From Euprymna scolopes (Eukaryota), in NCBI GenBank assembly GCA_053919585.1, contig CM132790.1: a stretch of 64,000 nt of DNA; one strand, 5' to 3'. The translations under genes and the position numbers were made by a program. A model generated the notes under the pieces. The model made no database searches. It saw only the letters and a program-made list of their open reading frames with translations, and was not told where the DNA came from. The first letter of the stretch is position 1. Each line of letters starts with the position of its first letter. Shown here one piece after another: positions 1 to 12,259 of this stretch.

Positions 1-458
1 TCACTGATATAGTTAAAATTTTCGCTTCACCACTGATATAGTTAAAATTTTTGCTTCACCACTGATATAGTTAAAAGTTTTGCTTCATCACTGATATAGT
101 TAAAATGTTCGCTTCACCACTGATATAGTTAAAATTTTTGCTTCATCACTGATATAGTTAAAATTTTTGCTTCATCACTGATATAGTTAAAATTTTTGCT
201 TCATCACTGATATAGTTAAAATTTTCGCTTCACCACTGATATAGTTAAAATTTTTGCTTCACCACTGATATAGTTAAAAGTTTTGCTTCATCACTGATAT
301 AGTTAAAATGTTCGCTTCACCACTGATATAGTTAAAATTTTTGCTTCATCACTGATATAGTTAAAATTTTTGCTTCATCACTGATATAGTTAAAATTTTT
401 GCTTCATCACTGATATAGTTAAAATTTTCGCTTCATCACTGATATAGTTAAAATTTTA
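1..458. repeat. 29-bp tandem minisatellite (CACTGATATAGTTAAAATTTTTGCTTCAT)n, ~15-16 copies, runs off window start; intronic in SNRNP200
   Basis: Head-to-tail near-identical 29-mers with no spacers. Confidence 0.95.
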
Positions 459-793
459 TAATCAGAAATGTCTGAATTTTCACAACGAGCTTCACCCCTC
501 TTAAAACTCAATAAAAAAAAGAAGGTTCTTGATGTCCTCTTGGTAAACATTATTGCATTATAAGGTGATTAATCTTGGGAAAAGAGTTGCATCCTCTCCT
601 ACATCTCCATCTGGTAGCTAATGAAAAGGGAGCCCCCAACTATAGTCGACCACTTTACTTTTATATCTTCTTGCAATAACATTTGCTTGTGTTGAAATAA
701 AATTTCATTAATTGTAATTTTGTGTTTAGTTTTTGTCGTATTCACCAATCTTATATTTAAAAAATACAAACTGTCTTGTATTTCTTTGTGCAG

Positions 794-954
794 AATCATG
801 ACACAATATTTGACATCATGGAAATGGAAGATGATGAGCGCAACGAGATGCTGCAGTTGGCAGATGCGGAAATGGCAGATGTGGCTCGGTTCTGTAACCG
901 CTACCCTAACATTGAGTTGACCTTTGAGTTGCAAGACAAGGATAACATAAAAAG
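794..954 (+). CDS. SNRNP200: U5 snRNP 200 kDa helicase (Brr2), antepenultimate coding exon (C-terminal Sec63 unit)
   Basis: [42 protein letters not shown] matches the SNRNP200 C-terminus; acceptor tgtgcag ends at 793; donor AG|GCAAGT. Confidence 0.93.
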
Positions 955-1089
955 GCAAGTCAAACGATCGTTCACAGAATTTCAATTGCACGTTTTTATG
1001 CTCTTCTCTTCGTTTAACCTTTTTCCTCCGTTCAAGGGTTGGCGTTTTGTAATATTACGCAAACTCACTCGCCATTTAAGAGAATAAAC

Positions 1090-1500
1090 TATTAGAGTAG
1101 AAAGCTTTCTGGTATCTCAGGATGTCTACAGTAAAGGGATGAGATTTTGCAGTGTCGAGTAAGTCGAGGGTATTTATGTCGAGGGGGCACAAGTGTTACA
1201 AGTTCATCAGAGCACATTCCATCAAAGTATTTGTAAAACAGGCACAGGGATACAACATTGTGATGATGGGACAGGGATTGGAGCTGGGTTGATGGTGCAG
1301 GACTTATCAGATTATAGACTCTTTTTTGGACCCTATCGAAGACGAAGAAACTTGTGGTAGATGCATCAGCTAAAATGTGGCAACAATATTCCATGTCTGG
1401 ACAAATTGTGTGAATAGTTTTCTAGCATGGTAGAGGGAGCTCAGCCATTTTTGCAACAGTTTTGGCAATATATTTGTTCTGATTTATGTTTTCTGTGAAT
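1090..1500 (-). mobile_element. CR1-clade LINE (family B) degenerate 3' fragment
   Basis: MEYCCHI..DRVQKR..LQSLSHH..YKYFDGMCSDEL, the RT C-terminal region. Confidence 0.8.
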
Positions 1501-2286
1501 GAGGAGTTTGAACAATGAGCTCTCAGGATGTTATGGCAATCAGTGATTGATAATGTTGTAAATATTAAAGAAAAGGATTGTGCATAAGCACTGCATTTTG
1601 AAAGTATATGAAGTATGTTAGAGCAATATATATATATCCGTCCACATTATCTAGAACCACCAAGCTAGAAAATGAACGACAATAAAAAGGCATTAAAAAA
1701 ATGGATCCATTAAACTTCATAGATTGAGGAGTCAAGATGGAGAATTTGGAAAGATGTTGCAAAATTGGAAATCTGTACTTTCCAGCAAAAGTAAAAAGTA
1801 AACTGATGAAAAAAAACATTTCAAGCAAGAAGTAAATATATTCAGACAACGCTGGCTCTTAGAGGAGATCAGTGACAGAGTTTGACTGAGAAGGGTTACA
1901 AGCAAGAGTTAATCTTAGCTGAGATTTTAGAAGCAAGAGATGTAAGACACCATTGATGAGACTCTTACAACACCCACTGTTTGTATCTATGTGTAATTTT
2001 TATGTATATAAACATTTGTTATGGATTAAAGCTTTGTGTGCCTGAAAGCTGACAACTAGAAAACGAACTGCCAGTTACACAGCTAAACACTAGAATCTGA
2101 ATAAGACTCAGAAAATGAAGAGAAACCACATGTTTTCATAAGACGTTATGCATATGAGAGTAGATGAAATGTTAAAATGGTAAAAACATTAATAAAAACA
2201 TTGTTTTATTATTTAACAGAAATTCACACACAATTATTATTGTCAGCTGTTTGTTTTGTCTAACTTAAAAAAAATTTTTTTTTCAG

Positions 2287-2368
2287 TGGATGCACGGTGA
2301 ATGTATTGGTCACTCTGGAGAGGGAGGATGAAATAACAGGACCGGTCATTGCACCTTTCTTTCCACAG
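2287..2368 (+). CDS. SNRNP200: SNRNP200 penultimate coding exon
   Basis: tttcag|T GGA TGC.. gives (S)GCTVNVLVTLEREDEITGPVIAPFFPQ|gtgagt; phase consistent with both neighbouring exons. Confidence 0.93.
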
Positions 2369-2546
2369 GTGAGTGTTCCCTCATGAAAAAACATTAAGGG
2401 GTATAATATGAACACAACCATCCATTTAAAAATTAAAATATTTCAGATTTGCATTAAATTTAGTCATTGGCCACTAAATAAACAAGGTTCCATAAATTTT
2501 AATTTCCTCTTATGAACCGTAAAGCTTAAAAGCATTTTTTAGAATC

Positions 2547-3370
2547 TAGAGTGGAACGATAAAACTGTCACCGTAAAGAAAACAACATTACAGTTTTATT
2601 TTAAAACTTTTATTGAAAAAATCAATTCAGGTAACTTTATTTTGTGCACGTAATTGATCTTACATCTATTCAATGTAGCCACCTTTAGCCTCAATCAACG
2701 CCTCAATACAGATCTGGAACTAGGAGCATGCCTTTTCCACAAATGCTGGCGGGAGCTCGGTGGATAATGGCGATCAGGCTCGCTTTGGTTTTGTAGGAGG
2801 TCAGGTTCGTGATGTTCTAAACATATGACCAAACAAAGTAGCAGGTTCAGTTCAGGGAAGGAGGAGAGAGCAGTGAGAGAAACGTATAAAGTTGTAACAC
2901 TCCTTCTGACGCCAAACTTGGGTCTCTTTGGACGTGTGAGCCAAGGTCTGCCAGCAGCCACCTGATTGAACCAGGGGATCACCACACTCTTCAGCATATC
3001 CAGGTACACTTTAGCGTTAACTTTCAAGCAGACCTCGAAGATGTGAGGTGGCATGATGTAGCCTTCACTTGAAATCACACCAAAGACCATAACCGTGGCC
3101 AGAAACTTTGTTCGGCCATCAAGTGTTGAACCGTCTTGCAGTTTGAGGGTGCTGGCAATGGTCCTGTTGTCATGACTTGAATCGGTAGAGAGCATGAGTT
3201 GTACAGCGGCACATCTCCGATCTTGCATTGTGTCACTTTCAGACATGATTTGTATGCAACTGGCCAACTAGTTGATGGTCTGCCACCAAAAAAGAAAATT
3301 GGTTTTCATCAAATGGAAATGGAATCATGTCGTCTTTTCTAGGGCGACAATTTTATTATTCAACCTTGTA
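2547..3370 (-). mobile_element. Internally deleted Tc1/mariner (maT/DD37D-like) element
   Basis: VMVFGVISSEGYIMPPHIF..VYLDMLKSVVIPW transposase remnant; degenerate GTGGAACGATAAAA TIRs; homologous to 11193-12032. Confidence 0.8.
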
Positions 3371-3547
3371 AATCATATGATGTATTTTCATCCAAATTTA
3401 AAAACAGGATTTGAAAGGTTTAGTAGCATTAAATATTGATTTTCAGTTTTGTAAGTAGACACAAGTGGTGTAAATAAAAAAATGTCTTGGAAGTTTTTTA
3501 ACCTTTAAAACTATAAAAAAGACATTTAATATTTATATTTTTTATCA

Positions 3548-3835
3548 TATAAAAATCAACAGTAGGTGCCTTGATATGACAGAGATGCATCAGAAAAAAA
3601 TGTTTCTGTATAAAGCATAATTACGTATGAGACTTGACTTTTTCATTTTAAACTTAAGTTCAAGCCATAAGGCCAGGCATATAAAATCAACAGTTCTTTG
3701 ATATGACAAGAACGCATTCGAAATGAATGTTTCTGTTTAGAGCACAATTCAAGCATGATACTTGACATTTGCATTTTGAACTTTAATTCAAGCCATTATA
3801 TAAAGAAAAATAATTTATAAAATCAACAGCAGGTT
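3548..3835. repeat. Diverged ~135-bp tandem duplication (2 copies plus a partial third)
   Basis: Repeated ATAAAATCAACAG..TTGATATGACA..TGTTTCTGT..CTTGAC..TTCAAGCCAT. Confidence 0.7.
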
Positions 3836-4206
3836 CTCTACAGTGCAATGTCAACTACAATGTATTGTGGACTGTCACTGCGAGAGGCATGTGAAACTTC
3901 CTCCCGGTGCACCACGATGGGTCAGCAACTAAGACGGGCAAACAATCGATTGGATTGAAAATGAAGGATTTCACTGATTTTGATGACAATAAAAATATTA
4001 GAGTATGAAAAATTTGTTGATCATCATTAAATCCTGGGCAGCAATAGGTCTCCCTGCTGGTCAGTTGAATAAAGACATTTTTAAAATTATGTTTTGGGGA
4101 AATACTTTTAAAGTCTGATTTAAATGTCATTTTGAATCTATGCATAAATATATGTATACTAGCAGGTGTTATTATTGAGTTGATGTTAAATAGAAATAAT
4201 TTGATG

Positions 4207-4334
4207 TACCGTACTTTGGGGTAATTGCACCAAGTCCGGGGTAAATGCGCCAACTAGCTAAAAGTGCTCTTTTGGAAACTACGCATATCAAGAGCACTTT
4301 TTTTTAGTTGGTGCAATTACCCCAAAGTATGGTT
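4207..4334. mobile_element. Short MITE (Tc1/pogo-like ends)
   Basis: TIR CCGTACTTTGGGGTAATTGCACCAA / TTGGTGCAATTACCCCAAAGTATGG, plus an inner inverted repeat AAAGTGCTCTT/AAGAGCACTTT. Confidence 0.75.
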
Positions 4335-5131
4335 TATACACCACAAAAAACATAGTATTAAGGCTTTCATAACATTTATGTAATATACTGACCTGCTCCA
4401 CTAGTTTTAGAGCAGTTCCCACTCCTAAGCAAAAGAAGCCATTCCTTTCTCTGCTTTGTCTGCACTTTAAAATAACCTGTTGAAAAATTCAACACATTTC
4501 CAAAATTAATTTACTTGCCTCTGCTGTTCAGTGGCAGCAAAAAGGAACACATTGCTTTCTGTAAAGCCCTGGTAATATGTTTGTTTGTATGTACACCAAT
4601 AATGATGTTCTCGGCTGCACAGCTACAAAGTTGACATTCAGTTTACAAATAAAATTCAACAAGTTGCACAGAGGTGGACACATCGGCAGTGATCAGAGAT
4701 CAGTCTGAAAAGATCATGGGGTATATTCTATCTAGTCCTGTTACAGAATTAAAATTTCAAATGGCAAGTAAGAAGTGGATTTACTTTTTTTCTACGATAG
4801 CAAGAAGTGCACAGAACCAGCACTACACCGCAATCAACAGGGACCAGATCTTTACAGGAATGCTCTATTCTCTATTAATTTTAGGGGCCGAAGATAAAAA
4901 TCCCTAGCCAAAGGAGTTAGTGAGGAAGGAAGATGCACTTACAAAAGTTTGACAGGAATTTATAATATCTGAAATTATATATCTTCATTCATTCTTTACA
5001 GGTTAACTGACCTAGATTTTGTTGGGGAAGATGGGGGGGGGCATTTTTTGTACTAAAGGAAGTAACTGATTTTTTTATCAAACAGTTACTTCCCTTGTAC
5101 AAATGCATTTCTTGAGGAATCTGTCGCTATA

Positions 5132-5770
5132 TCTATAAAAGTGAAATTGCGTGTGTGTGCATTTTCCTACCAAACTACTCTGTCAATTTTCAGCCTACAA
5201 ACTCGAGGTTTGACATAAACAGTATTGAGATTTGGGAAAATCTTTTTTAATCAGTTTTCAGCCAGAAATTTGGCTGTCAAGGGGTCAAAGTTCAATGATT
5301 TGACCTTTGAGAACTCTACCAAACTCCGCCATCAATTGGGTCTAAACACTTGAAATTTTAGATTTATGTTACTTGGACATGGATCAAACTTTTTAATTTG
5401 ATTTGAGCCCAAGATAAATGTTATGGGGTCAAGATTGGGGTTAAAGTTTTCAAAAATTTGATCTCTGCGGTCTCTACCAAATTACTCAGCCAATTTTAGG
5501 TCTAAACATTTGAAATTTTACATAAAGTGTATTCAGACATAGGACAAGCTTTTTAATCGGTTTTTGGTTGAAAATTTGGTTGCCATGGGTTGAAAGAGTT
5601 GCCCTTTTACAGACTCTACCAAACTCCTTTGCGAATTTCGTGTCTAAAGACTTGAAATTTTAGATGTAGGTTACCTGGACATGAGTCAAACTTTTTAATA
5701 TATATATACATATGCACATAAAGTTATGAACAGTACATAGGACCCAAGCAAAGCTGGGCTGAACTGCTAG
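5132..5770 (+). mobile_element. Non-autonomous Helitron
   Basis: A|TCTATAAAAGTG 5' end; 3' hairpin CCCAAGCAAAGCTGGG then CTAG|T; internal repeats (CTCTACCAAA); homologue at 16086-16839. Confidence 0.75.
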
Positions 5771-6028
5771 TATATTATAAAGGTGAGTTGTGTGCGTGTC
5801 CAGCCAAAGAGGAACGGGCTGGGCAAACATGAAAGAGGGAGTTAGTGGAAGACGAGAGGAAAACTGAGGAGTGAGAAGGAAAGAAACAAAGATGAAAGTT
5901 TTACACTTTTGCCTTCGCAACACCAAGTAACTCTGCTAGTCTTTAAAAAATAGTCTTTAAAAAATTCTTGACTTTTTTTAATTATTAAATCTGATTTGAA
6001 ATCTCTGCTATTTTCCATGTTTTTTCAG

Positions 6029-6292
6029 AAACGTGAAGAAGGTTGGTGGGTTGTTATCGGCGACTCCAAGACAAATTCTTTGCTTTCCATCAAGCGCCTG
6101 ACCCTGCAGCAGAAGGCCAAAGTGAAACTTGATTTTGTGGCACCCAGTGTTGGCCACCACAACTACGTGCTCTACTACATGAGCGATGCGTACATGGGTT
6201 GCGATCAAGAATACAAATTCACTATAAATGTTGCGAAAGCCGAAGAAGAAGATATCAGCAGCAACGAAGAGAGCGGAACTGATATGGATTGA
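6029..6292 (+). CDS. SNRNP200: SNRNP200 terminal coding exon
   Basis: tttttcag|[41 protein letters not shown]; AATAAA motifs downstream (~6383, 6442, 6803, 6833). Confidence 0.97.
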   Translation, partial: KREEGWWVVIGDSKTNSLLSIKRLTLQQKAKVKLDFVAPSVGHHNYVLYYMSDAYMGCDQEYKFTINVAKAEEEDISSNEESGTDMD

Positions 6293-6469
6293 AAGTTCAC
6301 ATCACAAACGTCCTCTTTCTTTTAAGTCGGCAGAGAGAGGAACATCGGAAAAATACTGCATTCTGCAGAAGAAAAAAATGCAAATAAAAAAAAATAGCTT
6401 GTTGATGTGCAAGTTTTTTTTATATAAGTTAATTTTTTAAAATAAATTAAGAAAGGAATTTTTAAAAAA

Positions 6470-6656
6470 TATATATATAAAACAATATTAGTCTACGTTC
6501 CAGTGACCAAAATTATATTCGTTTTACGGATGAAAACGTTTGTTAAATTTTTATGGACTGTTTCAGTCACAGAAGAACATCCAATAGTCCGGAAAATGAA
6601 TACAATTTTGGTCATTGGAATGTAGACTAATATTGTTTATTTATATATATATATAT
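6470..6656. repeat. Fold-back element in or near the SNRNP200 3' UTR
   Basis: ~55-bp imperfect inverted arms (AACAATATTAGTCTAC..CAAAATT / AATTTTG..GTAGACTAATATTGTT) flanked by (TA)n. Confidence 0.85.
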
Positions 6657-7029
6657 GCTTAAAGCATAATCTGTCAAAATGGAGTTGACTTAATAATGTT
6701 ACTTTTGACAGGGTTTTATTTTTTTTTTTCTCTGATCCCCACTCCCATTTGTCTATTTTTATGCCCATTTATTGAAATACATCTTTTCATCTAAATTCTG
6801 TAAATAAATTCATTCACCTTCATTTTGTCTTAAATAAAGCAAATTCTTTCAAAATTGAACACGAATGACTTTCATGTCTTTTTTTTTTATTTGTATTAAA
6901 CAATGATGCGTACGTTCATGAACACTAAACACACGTGAATATATGAACATGTCCTTGTGCGGCCATGATCATCACGCCTCTTTGTGTTGATCCAAATGAG
7001 TTTTGCTTAACCAAATTGAAATACATAAG

Positions 7030-9866
7030 TTTCTTTTTTTCTTTTACATGGACGTCACTACTTATCAAGGCCCAGAAGCCACTTGGGGATAAGGGTTATT
7101 GTGTGTACAGTAATCAATAGGGTAGTGTTGTATTATTCGTTAGTATTGCAGATTTAATAAAGTGTCATTACTTAAGAGGGTTCATCAGGAAGTTGTTTAT
7201 GTTGGACTTGAAGACATCCAAGTTAAAGTCAGGAGGGAAACAGGCAGGCGGAAGAGAGTTCCACAGGTGTGCAGTTTTAAGAAAGAAGCTTTATTCATGG
7301 AATCTACGTTTTGATTTAGGCACAGATAAAGAGTGGGGAAAATTATTGACAGTGGTTTCAGCTAGCCAGGTGTTTTTCGTAAAAGATTGGCGAGAGGGGG
7401 GGACCAGAGATTGGAGCTCAGACGAGCACTTGCCATGGAAATAATGATAAAACGATAGGTTCGCAACGTCTCTTCTGTGGTAGAGAGGTTGCAGGGTAGA
7501 GAAAAGGGCATCCTCCACTAAGCCACGAAGTCTATTTTGTACTCTGTTAAGGCAGGATAGGTTGTTTTTAGCAGCTCCTGGTCAGATGTGGCAGAAGTAC
7601 TCTATCCTTGGACATACTTGGCTTTTATATATAGAGAGAATTGCATTATTAGTGAGATATCTTCTGGAGTGGTAGAAGGATCCCACCATTTTCCCAGCGA
7701 CCTTGGCAACAGACTTGATTTACATGTTCCATTTCAGATCAGGAATAAAGGTCAAACCCAGAAGTTTATCAAAACATGGGGCCTGCCCTAGTCGAGAGCC
7801 ATCCATTTCAATTGATGCCAGATGGGGATCAGAGCGTTGATGATGTAAAGATAGGAGTTTGGTTTTAGATGCATTAAAAGTAACCAGCCACCTCTTCCCC
7901 CACTATACCATGCGCTCAAGATCAGAGGAGAGAGAATCAGAGAGAACATTGTCATTTACGTCCTTTGATGTGTTGCCATAGATGATCGTGTCATCAGCAT
8001 AGATGTCAACGAATGATTTAAGTACATGTTATGGGAGATCATTGATGTAGATCAGGAAGAGAGTTGGGCCCAGGATGGATACCTGACGGACTCCAGCATT
8101 AATACTTTGAGCCTCTGATTTCTGCCCATCAACCACTACTCTTATGAGTCTATCAGAGAGAAATGATTTAATGATTTAGAAAACATTTCCAGTTATACAG
8201 TAGCTGGAAATCTTGTGAAGTCGGCCTTTATGCCATACCTTATCGAAGGCCTTTGATTTGTCAAGAGCAATTGTCCTAGAAATTAAGCCTTTGTCGAGAG
8301 ATTTACTAATCCTATGAGATATAACCGTTAGCACATCTGCTGTAGATCTAGCAGAAGGGAAACTGTATTGCGTGTCACTAAGAAGGTTATTTCTGCTGAG
8401 GTAGTTGACTACTTCTCTGTTTAATAAGGATTCTACCAACTTATGATACACAGGAGACTTATTGGTCTGTACTGAGAGGGAGATGACTTATCACCTGAAT
8501 TCTTAAATACAGGGCATACTGAGGAGGTTTTACAGGGTGTTGGAAAGCACTTCTCCTTAAGGCAACGCTTAAACAGTTTTGTAAGTATGGGAGCAAGTTC
8601 TGGTTGAAGCTTTTTTTTACACTATAATTGGAATGCCATCAGGGCCAGTTGCTTTGCTGGAGTCAAGGTTCTTAATTGGCTTAGCGACCTCATGCACAGA
8701 TATTTGTATGTTACTTAGTGTGCTTTGTGTTATAGGAGGAAATACGGGGAGTTGATGGCCATATTCGCATAGGGTAGAATTTGCTGCAAAGTTCTTGGCA
8801 AATAGTTTGGCCTTGTCTGATGCTGACGAGATTACCTCTGGTTCATTGATAATGGTTGCGATAGAACCCACGCTTCTGTTCAGGATCCTATTTGTTATTT
8901 GCCAAAACTGGTGGGAACCAAGCCACTGCTCAGCTACTTTGGATTTAACGGACTGAGCATATAGCTCTCTTGCATTTTTTATTACTCTTTTACAGTGGTT
9001 GCTGGCGGTCCTGACAGCAACTTAAGTCTGAGTGCATCTATTATGTTGGTAGCTATGGAAAAAGTGATTTCTGTGCGCGATGGCAGCAGCACATTCTGGG
9101 AGAACCATGGCTGGCTGTAAGGTTTTTGTTGGAATTTTTTAGATGGTATGAATCGGTCTATGCCTACAATTAACCATTCGGTCAGGTCTGATACTATAGA
9201 GGACATATCCTTTTTAAACATGGAATGCAGAGGTAGATCAGATATAAATGTAGGAAGCTATCCAAGTCAGCCATAGAGTATCGGTATGCAGTACGGTGGA
9301 GGCGTACGTCTGGGGACTTATTACATTTCGTTTTTATCTTAACTGATACGACGGAGTGGTCGGAAGATCCTAGAGGAGAATGAACGGAACATGAACATAG
9401 CTCAGGGGAAGTTGAGAGAAAAAGGTCTATGCCTACAATTAACCATTCGGTCAGATCTGATACTATAGAGGACATATCCTTTTTAAACATGGAACGCAGA
9501 GGTAGATCAGATATGAATGTAGGAAGCTATCTCAGTCAGCTTTAAAGTATCAGTATACGGTACAGTGGAGAGGTACGTCTGAAGATTTATTGCATTTTGT
9601 TTTTATCTTAACGGAGTGGTCGGAGGATCCCAGAGGAGATAGAACAGAATATGAACATAGCTCAGGGGAAGTTGAGAGAAAAAGGTCTAGAAGGCTTGCA
9701 TACTGACCGGTAGTATCGGGCACATGGGTGGGCTCGCGAACAATCTGAGTGAGGTCATAGGCAATGGCAAAATCATGACAGAACCTCCCCTAATCATCCG
9801 TCTTATTTGAGTGGGTCAGCCATTCCATGTTATGGACATTGAAGTCACCGCAAATGTGAATGTTAG
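7030..9866 (-). mobile_element. CR1/Zenon-like LINE family A, 5'-truncated and frameshifted, with an internal tandem duplication
   Basis: Fragmented ORFs homologous to 59749-62643; poly(A) tail at ~7032. Confidence 0.92.
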
Positions 9867-11192
9867 TCTAAGAGCAAACTGCCCGGCAGCTCTAAAAAAT
9901 AAAATCAAAAATCAACTCAATGTTTCAAATGTCCAACTCCTTTTCTCCTAGGAGTCCAACAGGCCAACTCTGGTTATCTTCCTATTTCCTTGAATCCCTT
10001 TACACCTAAGGAGAAATCTTAGATACTGGCCTTTGTCAGTGGTTACCATTCAACCACCCAGAAGTTTACTATGCATAAAGAAAAGCCACAGCACATCCTA
10101 ACCATTATTATACACAACATCTGTTCCAGAAGTTAGTCTTATCAAGAATGGAATCTTAAAATGTTTGGTCAATTTACACTAGGGCTATGACAACAGCATA
10201 TTCTTTTCCTTGTCTTGATTCTCAGGTATACATCCATTAATATCTTATGTTTTTCTGTAGAGTGATGTGGTTCTCGGTTGATTAATTGTATCTGTATCAA
10301 ATATATACTCAAGAGTCAAAGGAATATGTTGTTGCCCTAACTTACATAAAACGAAGAAGTCTGTCAAAAATAGTAAATGATATTTTTGTATGGATTTTGA
10401 ATTCTAACAATTTGGTCCTCGTGACTTTGATAGAACTGGTCTGAGTATACTGCATGCTCTTCTCAGATTTTACTTTGATTATTGCCGACATTACCACCTT
10501 CATTACTTGGTGCGACTTATTGGGGTGTATATGCAACCAAATTCCAACACACAGATGAGAAAGTTTTATTGAATACATCTGTCATACTATGGACCCCGCC
10601 CCCCCCCCCAATAAAAAGCGTGTTAAGATGTGATAAAAAAAAAAAAATTGGTTAATCAAGGTGTGGCAGTGACTGGAACTGAAGACCAAACATAGATGTC
10701 AATATATATATGGGCAATGAAGGAAGGAGGAGCAAGTTTTAGAGTCTTGACTTGACAGGAGTTGATGACAGTTTACAGTTGAGAACAGTGGATGACAGTT
10801 GATGGCTTGAAAGCCCCTTATAAGAGAGATTGGAGTCAAAGTTGGACTAGAGTAGATCAGACTGAGAAGAAAATCACTGGAGATTGACATAATCAGATAG
10901 CTAGCGATAGACAATGTTTGTAGTTCTTTTTTCCACACTGAAACGGAATCACACGTGCACATACACACAAATCAACTAAGCTATATCAAAAACTCATATT
11001 ATTTTATCATAGCACAACCACGAAGATGATCTTTAGGCCAAATACCAATAAATGATTTACTGCTGTAAAAGTTTCATATTCGAAATATCCATATCTTATA
11101 CTAATGGAGATTCGTACCTGGATGACTGAAGCCGAACTGTACTATTGCTTTGATTAATTGGACTACCTTTTTATGTTTAGTTCAGTTTACTA

Positions 11193-12032
11193 CAGGGTGG
11201 AACAATAAAATAAAAGACAATCTGATTCCATTTCCATTTGATGAAAACTGGTTTTCTTTTTTTGTTGTAGACCATCTACTAGTTGGCCAGTTGTGTACAA
11301 ATCCCAAAAGTGGTAGGAGCCTTCTATCATGTCTGAAAATAACACAATGTTCAACGAGCAAGATCAGAGATGCACAGCTGTACAAATGCTCTCTGCCGAT
11401 CCAAGTTATGACAACAGGACCATTGGCAGCACCCTCAAAATGCATTGCTGGATTGCCACAAACAAGATGATGAAAGCAAAGTTTCTGGCCACGGTTACGG
11501 TCTTTGGTGTGGTTTCGAGTAAGAGCCATATTATGCCACCTCACATTTTCGAAGTCGGCTTGAAAGTCAACACCAAAGTCTACCTGGAATTGTTGAAGAG
11601 TGTGGTGATCCCCTGGTGCAATCCGGTGGCTGTAGGCAGACCTTGAGTGTGACAGCAGGCTTGGTGCTGGCCCACAAGTCCAAAAAGACGATTCTGTACC
11701 CTTCTACCACTCATCCCCCCCTCCTCCCTTGACCTGAACCTGCTGGACTACTTCAAGAACATCAACAAAATGATCTTCCACTACACCAAAGCCAGCTTGA
11801 TCGCCACCATCCACTGAGTATTTGCCGAGCTCCCACCAGCGCTTGTGGAAAAGGCATGGTGCCAATTCCAGACCTGTATCAAGGCGGTGATTGAGGCTGA
11901 AAGTGGCTACATTGAATAGATGTCAGCTCTACTGCATAATCAAGTTACTTGAATTAATTTTTTCAATAAAAGTTTTAAAATAAAGCTGTAATCTTATTTT
12001 CTTTAGGGCAAAACTTTTATCGTTCCACCCTG
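11193..12032 (+). mobile_element. Internally deleted Tc1/mariner (maT/DD37D-like) element
   Basis: TA|CAGGGTGGAACAATAAAA ... TTTTATCGTTCCACCCTG|TA; transposase remnant including a DLNLLDY-like motif. Confidence 0.88.
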
Positions 12033-12259
12033 TATATTATTTCGGACTACTGTACTATTTTTTATTGCTCAATTCAGGTGTGTGTAGTGTAGTATCTGTT
12101 TTACTTGTAATGAAAACCATTTATATGATTGAAGACAAAAAAAGGGTAAGAACTTTTCCTCGCTCGTTTTTCGTTGCCCACGCAGTCAACAGTCGTATTC
12201 TTCTCTTCTTCACAAAATCACAATTATGTCTCTCGCAAAAAAAAAAGCATCCTTATATG

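Noticed and set aside
1-458. CRISPR-like 29-bp repeat array
   Set aside because: No unique spacers, eukaryotic intron context and no cas genes; it is a minisatellite.
10600-10990. Solo LTR candidates (also 1528-2143 and 23240-23565)
   Set aside because: LTR-like composition and TG..CA-like ends, but no convincing TSD or second copy in the window.
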